A stretch of 64,000 bases of DNA, from NCBI GenBank assembly GCA_907165135.1, contig OU015568.1, forward strand, positions 1,612,001 to 1,676,000. The letters run 5' to 3'. Below the pieces are notes generated by a model. That model worked only from the letters and a program-made list of their open reading frames with translations, was not told where the DNA came from and did not search any database. The translations under genes were made by a program, and so were the position numbers. This DNA is from Oikopleura dioica. Taxonomy: Eukaryota > Animalia > Chordata. Of the stretch, positions 13,202-24,579 are shown in pieces (position 1 is the stretch's first letter; each line of letters opens with the position of its first letter).

Positions 13202-13704
13202 CCGAGCGCCTATCCTAATAATGTAGCCGCAAAGTGGCTTCTCAAAATCACCACTCAAATCTGATTTGATTGGTAATTTGTATAAATTCTTGAGAACGCG
13301 ACTTTTCTAGAGGTCTTTCAGACTTTCTCTCATGTTTTCTACGTAGGCAGGCGAGCCAAGATCCCCTGGGAAGTTGGCAGCTCCAACTCTTCAGTGATAC
13401 AGCTTTCTTTTCTTTGTCACTGCAGGCCCATTTCGCCGATCTTTTAAACCGGCTTATCCCTTTCTTGTATTCTCAATGTCTCTGAATGAACCTCTCCCGA
13501 ACCTGAAAACGACTGAAAAGTATTGTATCTTTTTTTCTTTATCCTCTAATCGACTATTCAATTATTGCTCCTCTTTATCTGTAAATGCTCTTCAATTCAC
13601 TCTTTCTCTTTCAATTCTACTCAAAATACAACAAAAATATTCCTGAAAAAACACCCGTAAATTAGTCCTTACTTGCAGGATATAAAGTAATTACCCTAAC
13701 CATT

Positions 13705-13796
13705 GAGAAGCCGCTTGCGGCTTCGACCATACAATAAACTACTCCCGCTCAGCGTGGCTTATTCTTCGTTTCACCCAAAGCCGCAAGCGGCTTCTC
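13705..13796. repeat. 92-bp cassette bounded by inverted palindromic ends
   Basis: GAGAAGCCGCTTGCGGCTT (13705) and its exact reverse complement AAGCCGCAAGCGGCTTCTC (13778-13796). Confidence 0.85.
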
Positions 13797-13903
13797 GAGA
13801 AGCATGAGTTCTAGATATGCTTGTTTTCAAATTTAGAAACAAATTTAGCTTAAAGATTTGAAATAAAATCAAGTAGAACTTTTCTTTTGCCAGCTGATTA
13901 GCG

Positions 13904-14410
13904 ATGGTATGTAATGGGTTCATGATCAATAAGAATCGAGCTCCGATGCAACGAGAGAATCATTCATCGGACGAAGAAGACGAGGATTGGAATCCAATGC
14001 CGATAGTTGATGCTCCGGAGGAGTTAGAAGACGAGGGTTGGAATCAACTACCGATAGTTGATGCCCCGGAAGAGATAGAAGACGAGGAAGAAGTAGCTGC
14101 TGTTCAAATTGAATTTGTGCCGGTGCCACAAGCAGATTTTCCGATGTATGAAGAAGTCATGTCCCGCGTTGGTCTTTTCCCGCTAGTGTCCAATGATGGT
14201 GAAGAAAAAATACAACAGCTTCGCCGAGAGATTGACAACCTTATTCAAGAGGGACTTCTCGACTTTACGATGAGCCCAATCTTCGGCCGGACGCTTCATG
14301 AAATTGCAATAACTTTGCGATTTTTCTTCATCCAGAAGTTATACGGTCGAGATCTGGCGATCAACGTTTTAGTCGAAAGAGCTGGTGGTTTTCAAGAAAG
14401 GTCCGGTTAA
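13904..14410 (+). CDS. Orphan acidic protein with a 17-aa internal duplication
   Basis: Intronless 168-aa ORF. The 51-bp repeat EDWNPMPIVDAPEELED / EGWNQLPIVDAPEEIED keeps the frame. No family recognised. Confidence 0.45.
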   Translation: MVCNGFMINKNRAPMQRENHSSDEEDEDWNPMPIVDAPEELEDEGWNQLPIVDAPEEIEDEEEVAAVQIEFVPVPQADFPMYEEVMSRVGLFPLVSNDGEEKIQQLRREIDNLIQEGLLDFTMSPIFGRTLHEIAITLRFFFIQKLYGRDLAINVLVERAGGFQERSG

Positions 14411-14442
14411 AAATTGATCTTTGACCGAATAAAACCAAAATT

Positions 14443-14536
14443 GAGAAGCCGCTTGCGGCTTCTATTAAAGATGGAAGAGTGGCGCTCTACTCGTCTTTAT
14501 CTTTTCTTTTGAGCTCAAAGCCGCAAGCGGCTTCTT
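14443..14536. repeat. 94-bp cassette with the same palindromic ends and an unrelated interior
   Basis: GAGAAGCCGCTTGCGGCTT (14443-14461) and AAGCCGCAAGCGGCTTCTT (14518-14536). Confidence 0.85.
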
Positions 14537-14874
14537 GATGTACTCTAATATAAAATACTTGACACATTTTTGACCGTTAAAAGTGCCAGAGAATTCATCA
14601 GATTCATCACCGAACTACACAATGTAGGAACAGACTACGATCAACGCAATTATATTATGATGATGATCGAACGACGAGACCGTTCTGACGAAATGCCTGA
14701 CTTTGATCCTCATGCTGAAATTGCCAATTTGGCGTGAACGAAAACGAAAAGATAAGAAAAAAACTTATTTTGACTGCCCGTATTGAAACTGTATTCGAAC
14801 GAATTACTGTTACTTTAGTGCAGTCTGTAATCCATTTATCGGAAAAAAGAATTTTTGAAAATAGAATCTTCAGA

Positions 14875-15594
14875 ATGGGCAATTCAAAGTCGACTCCCTC
14901 GGAGCAAGTTATCTTCTCTCCGAGCGAAGTGTACGTCATTCTATACGAGAATGGCGTGACAAACAACACCATCATCAATCGATCAATCAACGCTTCGACG
15001 GCAGTGAGCAGCAATACAGAAGTCCCGGCAATCGCATCAATCGTCTTCAAGGGCACGGAATTTGTGTACGACAAGACAATCAAGGAATTCGCAGAGCCAG
15101 GGAGCATCAAGCCTAATATTCGGGAACGTTTCAATCTTGCCCAAGAATTCGATGAAAGTTTCAATGATTTGTCGACTGAAGAATGGTTCAGAATAATTGA
15201 CCAATTGGAAGATGACTTCAAGTAAGAATATGAAAGCATTTATTCTATACTTATACATATCGTCTTTTCGATGAATCAACATTGAATACACCTCTAGTCT
15301 CTTTTTCACCCCTTCTTTAGTCATTCAACTTACGACTGGTGTACTCACAACTCGCTACATTTCGTCCAACGAGCCTGCGAATTCTTCAATGTCGATATTC
15401 GAGCTCGACAGGATTTTCGGAGGATGCTAGAAGACATGTTCAGAGTCGAGCATAAATTCATCCAGGGATTCTATAATATGGCTGGTACAGCTCTGTATGC
15501 TGCTGGAACTGCACTTGGCATGGCTAACCCTGCGAATCCCATTGCTCCGGGTCTTCTTCAAGGAAGGGGTTCTACCTTACAGACCCTAAACTAA
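14875..15594 (+). CDS. DeSI/PPPDE-like protein, apparently catalytically dead, with N-myristoylation motif (2 exons)
   Basis: ATG after TTCAG|A. Intron 15222-15320 (GTAAGA..TTTAG) joins in phase. Protein MGNSKST..EVYVILY..IASIVFKGTEFVY..IRERFNLA..IIDQLEDDFNHSTYDWCTHNSLHFVQRACEFF.. follows the PPPDE motif order, by eye only. Confidence 0.62.
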
Positions 15595-16294
15595 AAATCA
15601 AGCTGAATTCTTATTTGAAAAGCTCCCACAAAGCCTCACGGATGATTGCGCCCAACAATCCTCTTCATCGACCACTTCAATGACCCAAAAATGTCTTCAT
15701 GAATAAATTTCGCACCTGATTTAATACCCTGTCCAATAATTCAGCCCCTGCCTTCCCACTTCTCACTGAAAAATAAATCCACAAAAGTTCCATTTTTTAT
15801 GCTTGGTTTTGTTCCAAAAGATCGGCCATTTTGGGAAGTTCCTTGGAAGTTATTTGTAACGGGCTTTTTGTTACTTGTTTATCTTTACATTTGGTCGATT
15901 TTCTTGGCGATCATCAGGTCGATTGTTCAAGAGAAGTTGTTTTTGAGAAGGAGGAAACGAGCTCTTCAGGACATGAGAATCGCGGCTCCGAAAACATATT
16001 TCATCATTTTGATAAAAATTAATAAGTTCTCATAGTTCACATGGGGTTTTTACTGTTGACAGCTTTTCTAAAGAGAAGTTATTTAACAAACTTACTTATT
16101 TTACCAAGTATACACCAGGGTTGAGTTTTTATTTATTGAATTCATGTTAGGGAGCTTACTTTGAGATTAAAGATCCTTCTTTGATAATTTCTCCTTTCAA
16201 ATTTTTGAGCCACAGGCAGATCTTGGAACAATTCCTTGGAACACGAGCTCACCAGCATCTAACTGTTGTCTTTTTTCACTAGAATTTTTGTGCG

Positions 16295-17943
16295 ATGCTC
16301 GCTGCGGCAGATTCTATCGACGACGACCTACCAATCGAAAATTCTGAAAGTGATCCAGTTCCAGACCCAGTTGATTCTTTGTCGGAAAAAGTGATGGAGC
16401 AAGCACTTGAGGGAAAGCTAGAGATTCAGATCACCGACGCCGTGTCAGAAAAAGAGACGATCAAGTTCAAGATTCAAGTCAAGAGCGACCTTCAGAGTTA
16501 TACAGAATCGAGAGGACGCGAATTCAAAGTTGAGAGAACGCATCACGAGTTTTCTTGGCTGCACAGTTCTTTGAGTGAGAATCAGATGTACGCAGGGTAT
16601 CTCATCCCGCCAAAGCCACAGAAACCCGACTTTTCCTCACCGAGCAAACAGCTTCACGACATTTCTGAAAAAGAAGAAAAGCTTCCTAAAGAAGATATCG
16701 CTTTTCTCAAGGTTAGCCCTTTCCTTACTCATCCTCCTTCCAAAAAACCCTCTTTACCTCCATTTAGACCGACCTAGAAGACAAGTACCTCGCCCAGTTC
16801 AAAAAAGCAGTCTCAACACATGAAATCTTCCTCAACAGAATCTGCCAGCATAAAATTCTCAGGTTTGCTTCATTATTTTTCCTTTTTCTCAATCCTTTTC
16901 TTTAGAAACGATCATGATTTACGAATCTTCCTAACTTTCGATGGCGAATTGAACGTCAGAAGTAAAAACACGAAAGAGCGGCTAACTGGTTGGCTGAGAA
17001 AGGGCGAAATGGCAATTCAAGCTGCTTTCAACGACCGTGTCAAAGATCCTGATCCATTTTTCGAGAAGAACAGAGTTTTTATCAACGAATACGAGCTAAG
17101 AATCGACAATGGAAAGAGGAAATCAAAAGAAGTTACGAAAGAATATGGATTGATCAGCAAAGAACTCATGGCGATCATGGTCGAAGTTAAAAGAATGGCG
17201 GCGTCAGAGGCCAAAAAGTAAGAAATTATTACTAGCAACAAGAAGCTGCTAACAGCTTCGAGACTACCAAGTTGGGATTATCACAAAAATTTTAGCCCTG
17301 AAGCTCGAAAAATCGCTTTGGAGAGATGTCTGAATATCGTCTGCCGTGATCTTCCAAAAATTCAAAAGTGGGAAGGCAGAATGGGCTCAGACACGGAACT
17401 GAAGCTGGTTGATTTGATGCGATATTATGTCGCGGAAACAGAGTCTGTCAAAGAACTTCTAATTCGGTAAGCAGCAACTCTGTAATCTCAGCCGAAGACA
17501 ATTTTAGTCGGCAGCAGAGTCTTGACGATCTCGATCGGAAAAATCGAGATCTTGAGGCGGCGAAGATCAAGAATAAGAATGTACAGCACTTTGAAGCTCG
17601 AAAAACAGTAAGCACAATGTTGATTTCACCTCTTACTAGAATTAAGGCTGCTGTGGAGCATAAAGATAAACTAGCATCAGCGGGGAAAGAAGAACTCGTC
17701 AGATTTGAGAAAAATCGTGAAGAAGCTTTTGTCAAAAATCTTGAAGAACATGCAGCACTGCAGCTCAAACACTCACGCCAAAAAGTCAATGTCTTGGAAA
17801 ATATGATCAAGGTAACTTTATATTTCTATCTAATACACTGGTTGTTCTGTGCCGACGAATAATGTCTAGCATCTTTTTTCATTTTTTCTGTTGAAATAAA
17901 AACGAATTTTAAGGCACTGGAGGCAGCAGAAGGCGAACTCTAG
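16295..17943 (+). CDS. SNX6: Sorting nexin 5/6/32 family (PX-BAR)
   Basis: PX: IQITDAVSEKETIKFKIQVKS..RTHHEFSWLH..YAGYLIPPKPQKPDF. Then YLAQFKKAVSTHEIFL.R and DHDLRIFL. BAR exons (KLVDLMRYY, RFEKNR..FVKNLEEHAALQLKHS). Stop at 17943. Confidence 0.88.
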
Positions 17944-19894
17944 TTTCTTCAAGTCCATTTCTTCTCGCTTCTTGCCGCATTGAACGATTGAAATCAGCTT
18001 CTTATCATCCTTCTTCCATTCTCGCCTTTCTTTACCCTTCGAAATCAAGGAAGACAACCAATTATTCCAAATTCACGAAAAACTTCAAAAAACTTCGCCA
18101 CGATCAACATCACGAGCCAAAAAACTGTACTCCAGTGCAATAAACATTTCTTTCATTTTGCCTAATCATCGAAGATACACGGACACCTTCTTTCGAAACC
18201 AGCATCATTGAAAATTATCAGCGTCATTGTGTACTCTGCTCTCTACGATTGATAGATTTTAAAAACCGTTATTCATTCTGCTTCGCCATTTCTGTATAAA
18301 CTCCGAATAAAGACATAAATTTATTTACCGCCAATGCATCAAATCGGCCAAAATTACCATTTGAGAGGTCTAATCTAATTATTGTTGCATTGAACTTATT
18401 TTTTGCATCATCAGACTTGCATGAATATGGGAAGACATAGACAGAAGGCATGATTCAGGTTTCTATACGGGTTGCCGAGATCAGAACCTCTGATTCAGAA
18501 GCTTGCAGTGTAAGGATCGTGATACTCTTCGTTTCGGGCAATTTTTACGCCTGGGTAAGCAAACTTATTTGAAGTCCTTGAACGTCGAATATTCACGTTC
18601 CATACATTCTACATCTATTCAAAAATACGATAGCGAGGATTCGAACTTTTGTAAAGAAATCGCTTTTGACCGCAGAAGAGTATCAGCTAGAAAGTCAAAG
18701 AGAGTGGGATAAAACTGTTCTTGAAAGTGGATTACACAGATCTTTAAACTAATTAGGATGCTTTTATATACAAAGAAATTTCTTCGGAGCGCTCTCTATC
18801 CCCACGAGCAACACCGTATAAAATGCCCATTGTCGTTTCTCCACTATTCAAATACTGAAAACACGGGTCATTACTTTACCCCTTGTACATCCTGTCATTT
18901 GTCAGCTCAGAACTTACCGACCTTTGATTTTTCGCTGAATGAGAGGATTTTACTTCGTCTTAGCGACGCTAGGAATTGTTTATTGCGCCGAAAATTATCG
19001 GTACTTTCCAGGTAACAATCAGCCTTTCTATAGTTTGCAAATATTTTGGTCAACAAACAATTTGATAGTTAAAGAGTACAGATAGTTTTCATCAGAGTGA
19101 ACATAGGGATGTGACTACATCGCCGATTTCCTTATTAATAATAACTTTTTATTATTAAAAAGTTAACGGTATTATTCGTCATCATTAGACCATTTTGTTC
19201 TTAAGAACTACTACTAAAGTCTTTTTCAAACGAAAACAGAACTTCCAAATAGACGATTTTCAATCAAAAACCAGAAAATCTCATTTTTATGAAATTGTCT
19301 AGATTTTCCATATAAGCGACTGAATTCGTTTATAAAATCAGATTAGAGAAAATTAGTTGATTGACAAGGATTTTTCATGGATATTTTTTATGACGACAAA
19401 TATCACACTAATAAATATAAATTTCGTTTACATTATTAAAGAAAAGGTCATCCGTATTTATAACATTTGTCATTTTATCGAGAATATTTTCTGAAAGTCT
19501 ATCTTGAGAAAGCCGTATCTGTTCTGGAATTATTCCAAGCAGTAAAATCGGAAGTAAGTCGGTAATACAAAGTAATCTTCTATCAAATATGCTTCTCGCA
19601 TACGCCTTTGCTGAGTATTGGCTCAGCAGGCAGAGAACAAGAGGCCGCTGTTTCCTGGATTGATTCCACCGTGTCTCAAGAATAATGAGCAGCTTACCGC
19701 TCGCAATACCCAAGTTCAAATAGATCCATTATGGCTTTCATATTTGATCTATTTGACATCTCGTAACGGATTTATTATGGCTGCGATAATCAGCAGATGG
19801 CCTTTTCAGTAGAATAAAAAATATTTTATAATAAACTTAAAAGCTCTATACGAAAAACAACCCTCATCGGAGGATGTAAAAAAAATTTTCTTAG

Positions 19895-22324
19895 ACAGAA
19901 ATGAAAACATCCAATGCACCGAAAAATGGACAGAACCGCTTCGCCGAGAAATGGGCCGTGCTATGAATGCCCTGTTCAGAGGCGTTCAACAACAAAATCA
20001 TCCCTGTATTCCTGAAATGTCGAATCTTCACTGCAAAGACTTGGGAATGGTGACCGGAAAACGAGGGAGAGAAAAAATGGTGCAGCAGTGCATAACGCAA
20101 GTCAAAACGCATCCTACGTACAAAGGAGTTTATGATGTTCGTGACTATGACCCCACCGAAGAACGAGGCGGTGTCAAGTGTTACTTTTTATTCAAGCTCA
20201 AGTAAGTTCTCGAGTAGGACGTAGACTTCGCGACTCCATTTTTCTTTATATTATTTTTCAGAACGTATCGACGAAAGAATGGCATCAAACGATCTCGACT
20301 TTTGACCAAACACATTCTGAACAAATGTCAACGAAAAGACCGTTACAGGCGACATTTCTGGTCTGTCTGGGGAAGATGGGGTCAGTGCTCGCAATCATGC
20401 GGCAATGCTGTAAAAATGCGAACGTAAGCAATCTTTTTGTCAAGTTCTTCTCTGAATAGAAACGGCACTCTTTTATGTGCGAGCAAGTTGAACATACCTC
20501 TTTAGCCGAACTTGCTCAAGCGGAGATGGCGGGTGCAGAGGAAACGAGTTTGAACAAAAGAAGTGTCCTTACTCACCTTGTCCAACTGTCAGGTACAATA
20601 AAAGCTGTGGATTAGTCGAAAATCTGAATGCCATTGACGCCCCGTTCTCAGGGAATCAGACTCATCAAGTCGGAAAGCTTTAAATCTGAGAGGGGAGACC
20701 TACCGGACAGCGATTTCAGATTGACCTCTTTTTTCATTCGTCATTTTTGATTCTGGTCGTTGATTTATTATTTGAAGGCCGACAGTTCCAGCATATCAAT
20801 ACGTGACGACATGGACATCTTGGACCGAATGGACCAGCTGCTCTAGAAAATGTGGAAAGGGCGTTCAAACTCGCACTCGAAAATGCCTCGGTGCTAAATG
20901 CCCTGGCTTGTCGAAAATCTCAAGGTCTTGTGTGGGAAGATCTTGCAATCAGAATCATTTCTCGGGTTCTAGCTCATCGTCTCGGTATCCAAAGTTAGTA
21001 AATATAAAGGCTTATAAAGCATATTTAATATTCCTTTAGTGATGATAGCCAGTGGTTCTCCTATTCTAGCGCCGAGCGCAAAAGGTGAGCGAAAATTCCA
21101 AGGAGGAACTCTTAATATGACTAATCGATACTAACCTTTACTAACACAACTTACAGTACTACCACTTCCTCCCCTCGTCATGTGACCTCAAACCCGAACT
21201 TCAGTAACTGCGGAGCGCTGGAATCCTGTGGACACGGCGTGTGCAAACGAAATTGGTACGGCGCGCAGGAGAGGTCAATACAGCTGCTTTTATTCTTATT
21301 TCCCCCTTCTGAATTGTCTTCTTGTTGAATTTGTAGCTTTTAGCAAGGGGCTTCCGTAGGCTTATTCAAAAGTTCAAAATATGAAAGACAATTTTGACCG
21401 ATCATCAAGTACTGTGATTGCTACCCTGGCACGGAGATTCTTGGAAATGGCTATTGTCAACTAATAAAGTCGGTCACTCAGAAGCCAACAACAAAACCGC
21501 CTCTAACCACCATCAAAACTTTGAAACCTGAATATGGTAAATCAATATTTAATTCATTCCTACTTTCATGTTAGCGAAAATTCCTCGAGTATCATCCGAT
21601 TGTTCGACAAATTCTTTCCTCGACTCTTTCAACAGAATCCTTTCAAGGGATGAGTGCCTGAGAATGCTCCACAAACGTAGGTTCTTCAAATTCTCCTCCC
21701 ATTCATTTTTCTTCTAAGAAAACTATCCAAAGAACACTTCCGACTGCGTCAACTACAATTACTACAGCGGCCTTGTTCTCTTGTCAAAGTCGAATTGCCT
21801 AGCTGCTTTGGATGGAATCGAAAATTATGCCATTTCGCACAGAAGAAAAGTCTTTCACAAAGGTAGAGTTGTATGATCTCTTCGTTGATTTCATCGTTTT
21901 TCTTTTCAGATCCAGTTGACTTGTCGGATTGCAAGAGATACGATTTCTATCTGAATAGGGTGTTGCTATCTGAATCTGAATGTGAAGAATATGTTCAAGC
22001 TCATACAAAAGAAATGTGTAAGTTTAAAACTGTATTCAGGAGACTGTTATATGAAAAACGAAAAAGTCCTCCCACACCGGGAATCGAACCCGGGCCGTCG
22101 GAGTGAAAATCCGAAATCCTAACCCCTAGACCATGTGGGACTGGAGATAGGGCTAAGCTAAATCAGACAGTATCGATCAAAAATTTCTAGCGTATATTCC
22201 GAGAAGCAAAGATGAATGTTACGAATTCGAATTTTACACCGACGAAGGCTACATTTTCTCAACGGATGAGTGTCTCGCAATGGTGAACAACAGAAAACTA
22301 GCTGAACGATTTGCCAAAGACTAA
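19895..22324 (+). CDS. Protein with thrombospondin type-1 repeats, an EGF-like module and four novel Cys-pair repeats (5' end unresolved)
   Basis: WSVWGRWGQCSQSCGNAVKMRT|RTCSSG..C; TWTSWTEWTSCSRKCGKGVQTRTRKC; CGHGVC..YCDCYPG..GNGYC. Thr/Pro-rich linker, then four repeat exons ending ..RFAKD* at 22324. Confidence 0.65.
22069..22140 (-). tRNA. trnE-TTC: tRNA-Glu (TTC)
   Basis: TCCCACATGGTCTAGGGGTTAGGATTTCGGATTTTCACTCCGACGGCCCGGGTTCGATTCCCGGTGTGGGAG. Full cloverleaf, anticodon stem TCGGA/TCCGA around TTC, followed by a T-run terminator. Confidence 0.97.
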
Positions 22325-22876
22325 GAAATGTCCATTCTGCAGCATTATTATTTGAAGAACAGCATAGTCATTTGACTTGAATCTTGTTTCAAAGTTCAGA
22401 AATTATTTCCTGATCAGTTCTTTCTCGATTCAGAGAGTCATAAAAATTCATATTTCAAACTTTGAACAATATTTTTTAGAAGACAACTCTTTACGAAAAA
22501 TAGCCTTCGATCATTTTTAATCATGATCATTGCTAATTTTAACAAGCCGAAGTGCCACCAAAAAGAATTACGGTGAAATACGTATTTCACTAGGATGATG
22601 AATTAATGTAAGCGAAGAGCGTTGAATTCAAGGAATACAGACTTTTAATGGAGCTTCGAGAAAGAAGCTTGTTTTAACGATAAGTTCTCGGAGGATTATT
22701 TTATTTTTCACTGAGCTCTCGTTAAAAAAATCATTATTGATACAGGTAATTTGCGGCTACATTAGCGGATTAATCTCTTTTGCCCCTCAAGGACTCGGTA
22801 AGTAGTATACGATCAGGTTTAATTTATTTCCGCTTTATTTTTTCTCAGCCTTATTTTGACTTCTTTATTTACAAGT

Positions 22877-23650
22877 TCAGCAGGATCCAATTCGATTTCT
22901 CAGGACTTCCCACCTTCCAGCCGCGTGTGTATCCGATTCGCGATAACAAGTGGCAGCAGTATTTGGCTGTGCCATTTTTCTCTTTCCTTCCTTATCGCAA
23001 AGTGCCATGCAAACAACCTTCTTCCCCTTTTTCTTTGATCGGCAAAATTTTCCATCGAAGCTGTCCAACGGATCCTCCGATGCGGCACATGGATCGTCGC
23101 TGTTTCTAGCGCTGCAGGGGCAAATCATTATCCAAGCGAAAATCTCGTCTGTTGAACTGATTGATTTTCTCGTCATGAATTGAAGATTCAGTTCAATAAG
23201 AGTATTGCCATATCCAAACGATGATTCTTTCTGAAAAAAATACAGTAAGCTTTTTTCCCTCAGCTGCTGGTTATCGAAATGAAAAATAAGCCTATTCAAA
23301 AGAAGATAGCAGGTCCTTGCGCTAAGGGCCGCCTGACCTACCGGAAGAGATATTTTATAGATAAAGCTCTCTCCTTCTTCCTTCCAGTAAGCTACTTTTC
23401 TTTCAGTAAAGTCCACTTTTTCTCTGAACGCGATGTATAAGTTGTCTTCGCTTGTGAACCAATAACCATCAAAAACTTCATTCAAATCAACTTTAATTTT
23501 CGCATCGAAGCAACTTCCACAAGACTCGTTTTTCGAAGCCCCAATCCAAGTATTTTTCGTCAAATAAGCACAGTATCTCGATCTGTTTGAACACTTTCTC
23601 GAATCTGCAATTACAGAGGAAAAAAGCGCTAGAATTCTCCAGACACACAT
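22877..23650 (-). CDS. Putative secreted Cys-rich protein (the ORF probably reads through short introns)
   Basis: Signal-like MCVWRILALFSSVIA and Cys clusters at both ends. No family recognised. Confidence 0.4.
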   Translation of the reverse strand: MCVWRILALFSSVIADSRKCSNRSRYCAYLTKNTWIGASKNESCGSCFDAKIKVDLNEVFDGYWFTSEDNLYIAFREKVDFTERKVAYWKEEGESFIYKISLPVGQAALSARTCYLLLNRLIFHFDNQQLREKSLLYFFQKESSFGYGNTLIELNLQFMTRKSISSTDEIFAWIMICPCSARNSDDPCAASEDPLDSFDGKFCRSKKKGKKVVCMALCDKEGKRKMAQPNTAATCYRESDTHAAGRWEVLRNRIGSC

Positions 23651-23838
23651 TTTAGACAGGATAATTCTCTATTTTATCGGCTCCGAACGCTTTTGAAAAA
23701 AGGTTTGACATTTTCGTGACAAGCTCTGAGGGCGCGCAAGGGTACTATCAACTTGACACATTGCTGAATAAATATAAAATAGCTGCTTACGGGAAGCATT
23801 TTGGGAAATTATAAAATGGATTTTTTAACAAAAGTTAA

Positions 23839-24361
23839 CCTTACGCCGCCAAGTGTGCCATATATGGCACCGAGATTTAAAAACGCCTGTAACTTATTTT
23901 TAACTTGGAGTAGAAGTTTCGCCGACCCCCCTTTATACCCCTACTTTTCGCTCAACTTTCACGTGGTAGACCTTTGGTTTGGTTAGCTTCGCTACAAATT
24001 CGTCAGAATAGCGAATTTAGCTTCGCTACTCGTGTGCCATATATGGCACAAGAATGTATTGCGATGTGCCAAATATGGCACATTTGGCGGCGGTGGGACT
24101 TTTTTTCGCCGAAAATGCATTGTAAGAAATTCTCCCTTATAAGAGGAACATTAACATTGCCGAGATCAATAAGATGTCATTTGATGTCATATAATGTCAA
24201 ATGTCTTACATTTGTAATGTTGGCATAAAATTTTATTTTTTCTACATCTACAGCCGGCTTTTCGACACATGTGCCATATTTGGCACATAGAATACACTGC
24301 AATGTGCCATATATGGCACATTTGGCGGCGGGGGGTGAATTTCGGGTTTGGCGGCGTAAGG
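23839..24361. mobile_element. Non-autonomous TTAA-specific (piggyBac-like) MITE, 523 bp
   Basis: TTAA|CCTTACGCCGCCAA ... TTGGCGGCGTAAGG|TTAA (TSD 23835-23838, 24362-24365). Five copies of the near-palindrome TGTGCCA(T/A)AT(A/T)TGGCAC. Confidence 0.85.
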
Positions 24362-24579
24362 TTAACAATTATGCTTTCATATTTATTAAGAAACATATTC
24401 GGAGAAGATATTTTAATTATCATACATATCATATACATATCATATTGTATGTCGATCTCAATCTTCTTTTTCGTGAATAAATCGTTGGAAGGGATAAGCC
24501 GAAAGAGCAGCTAAAAATATAATTTGTTGGATTGTTTGCCCAATACTTTTATAAATGAAGTGGTCTGATGAAAAAACGA

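Noticed and set aside
18100-19800. AT-rich stretch with short minus-strand ORFs and splice-like sites
   Set aside because: It may hold a gene, but I could not assemble consistent exons or recognise any domain or transposase.
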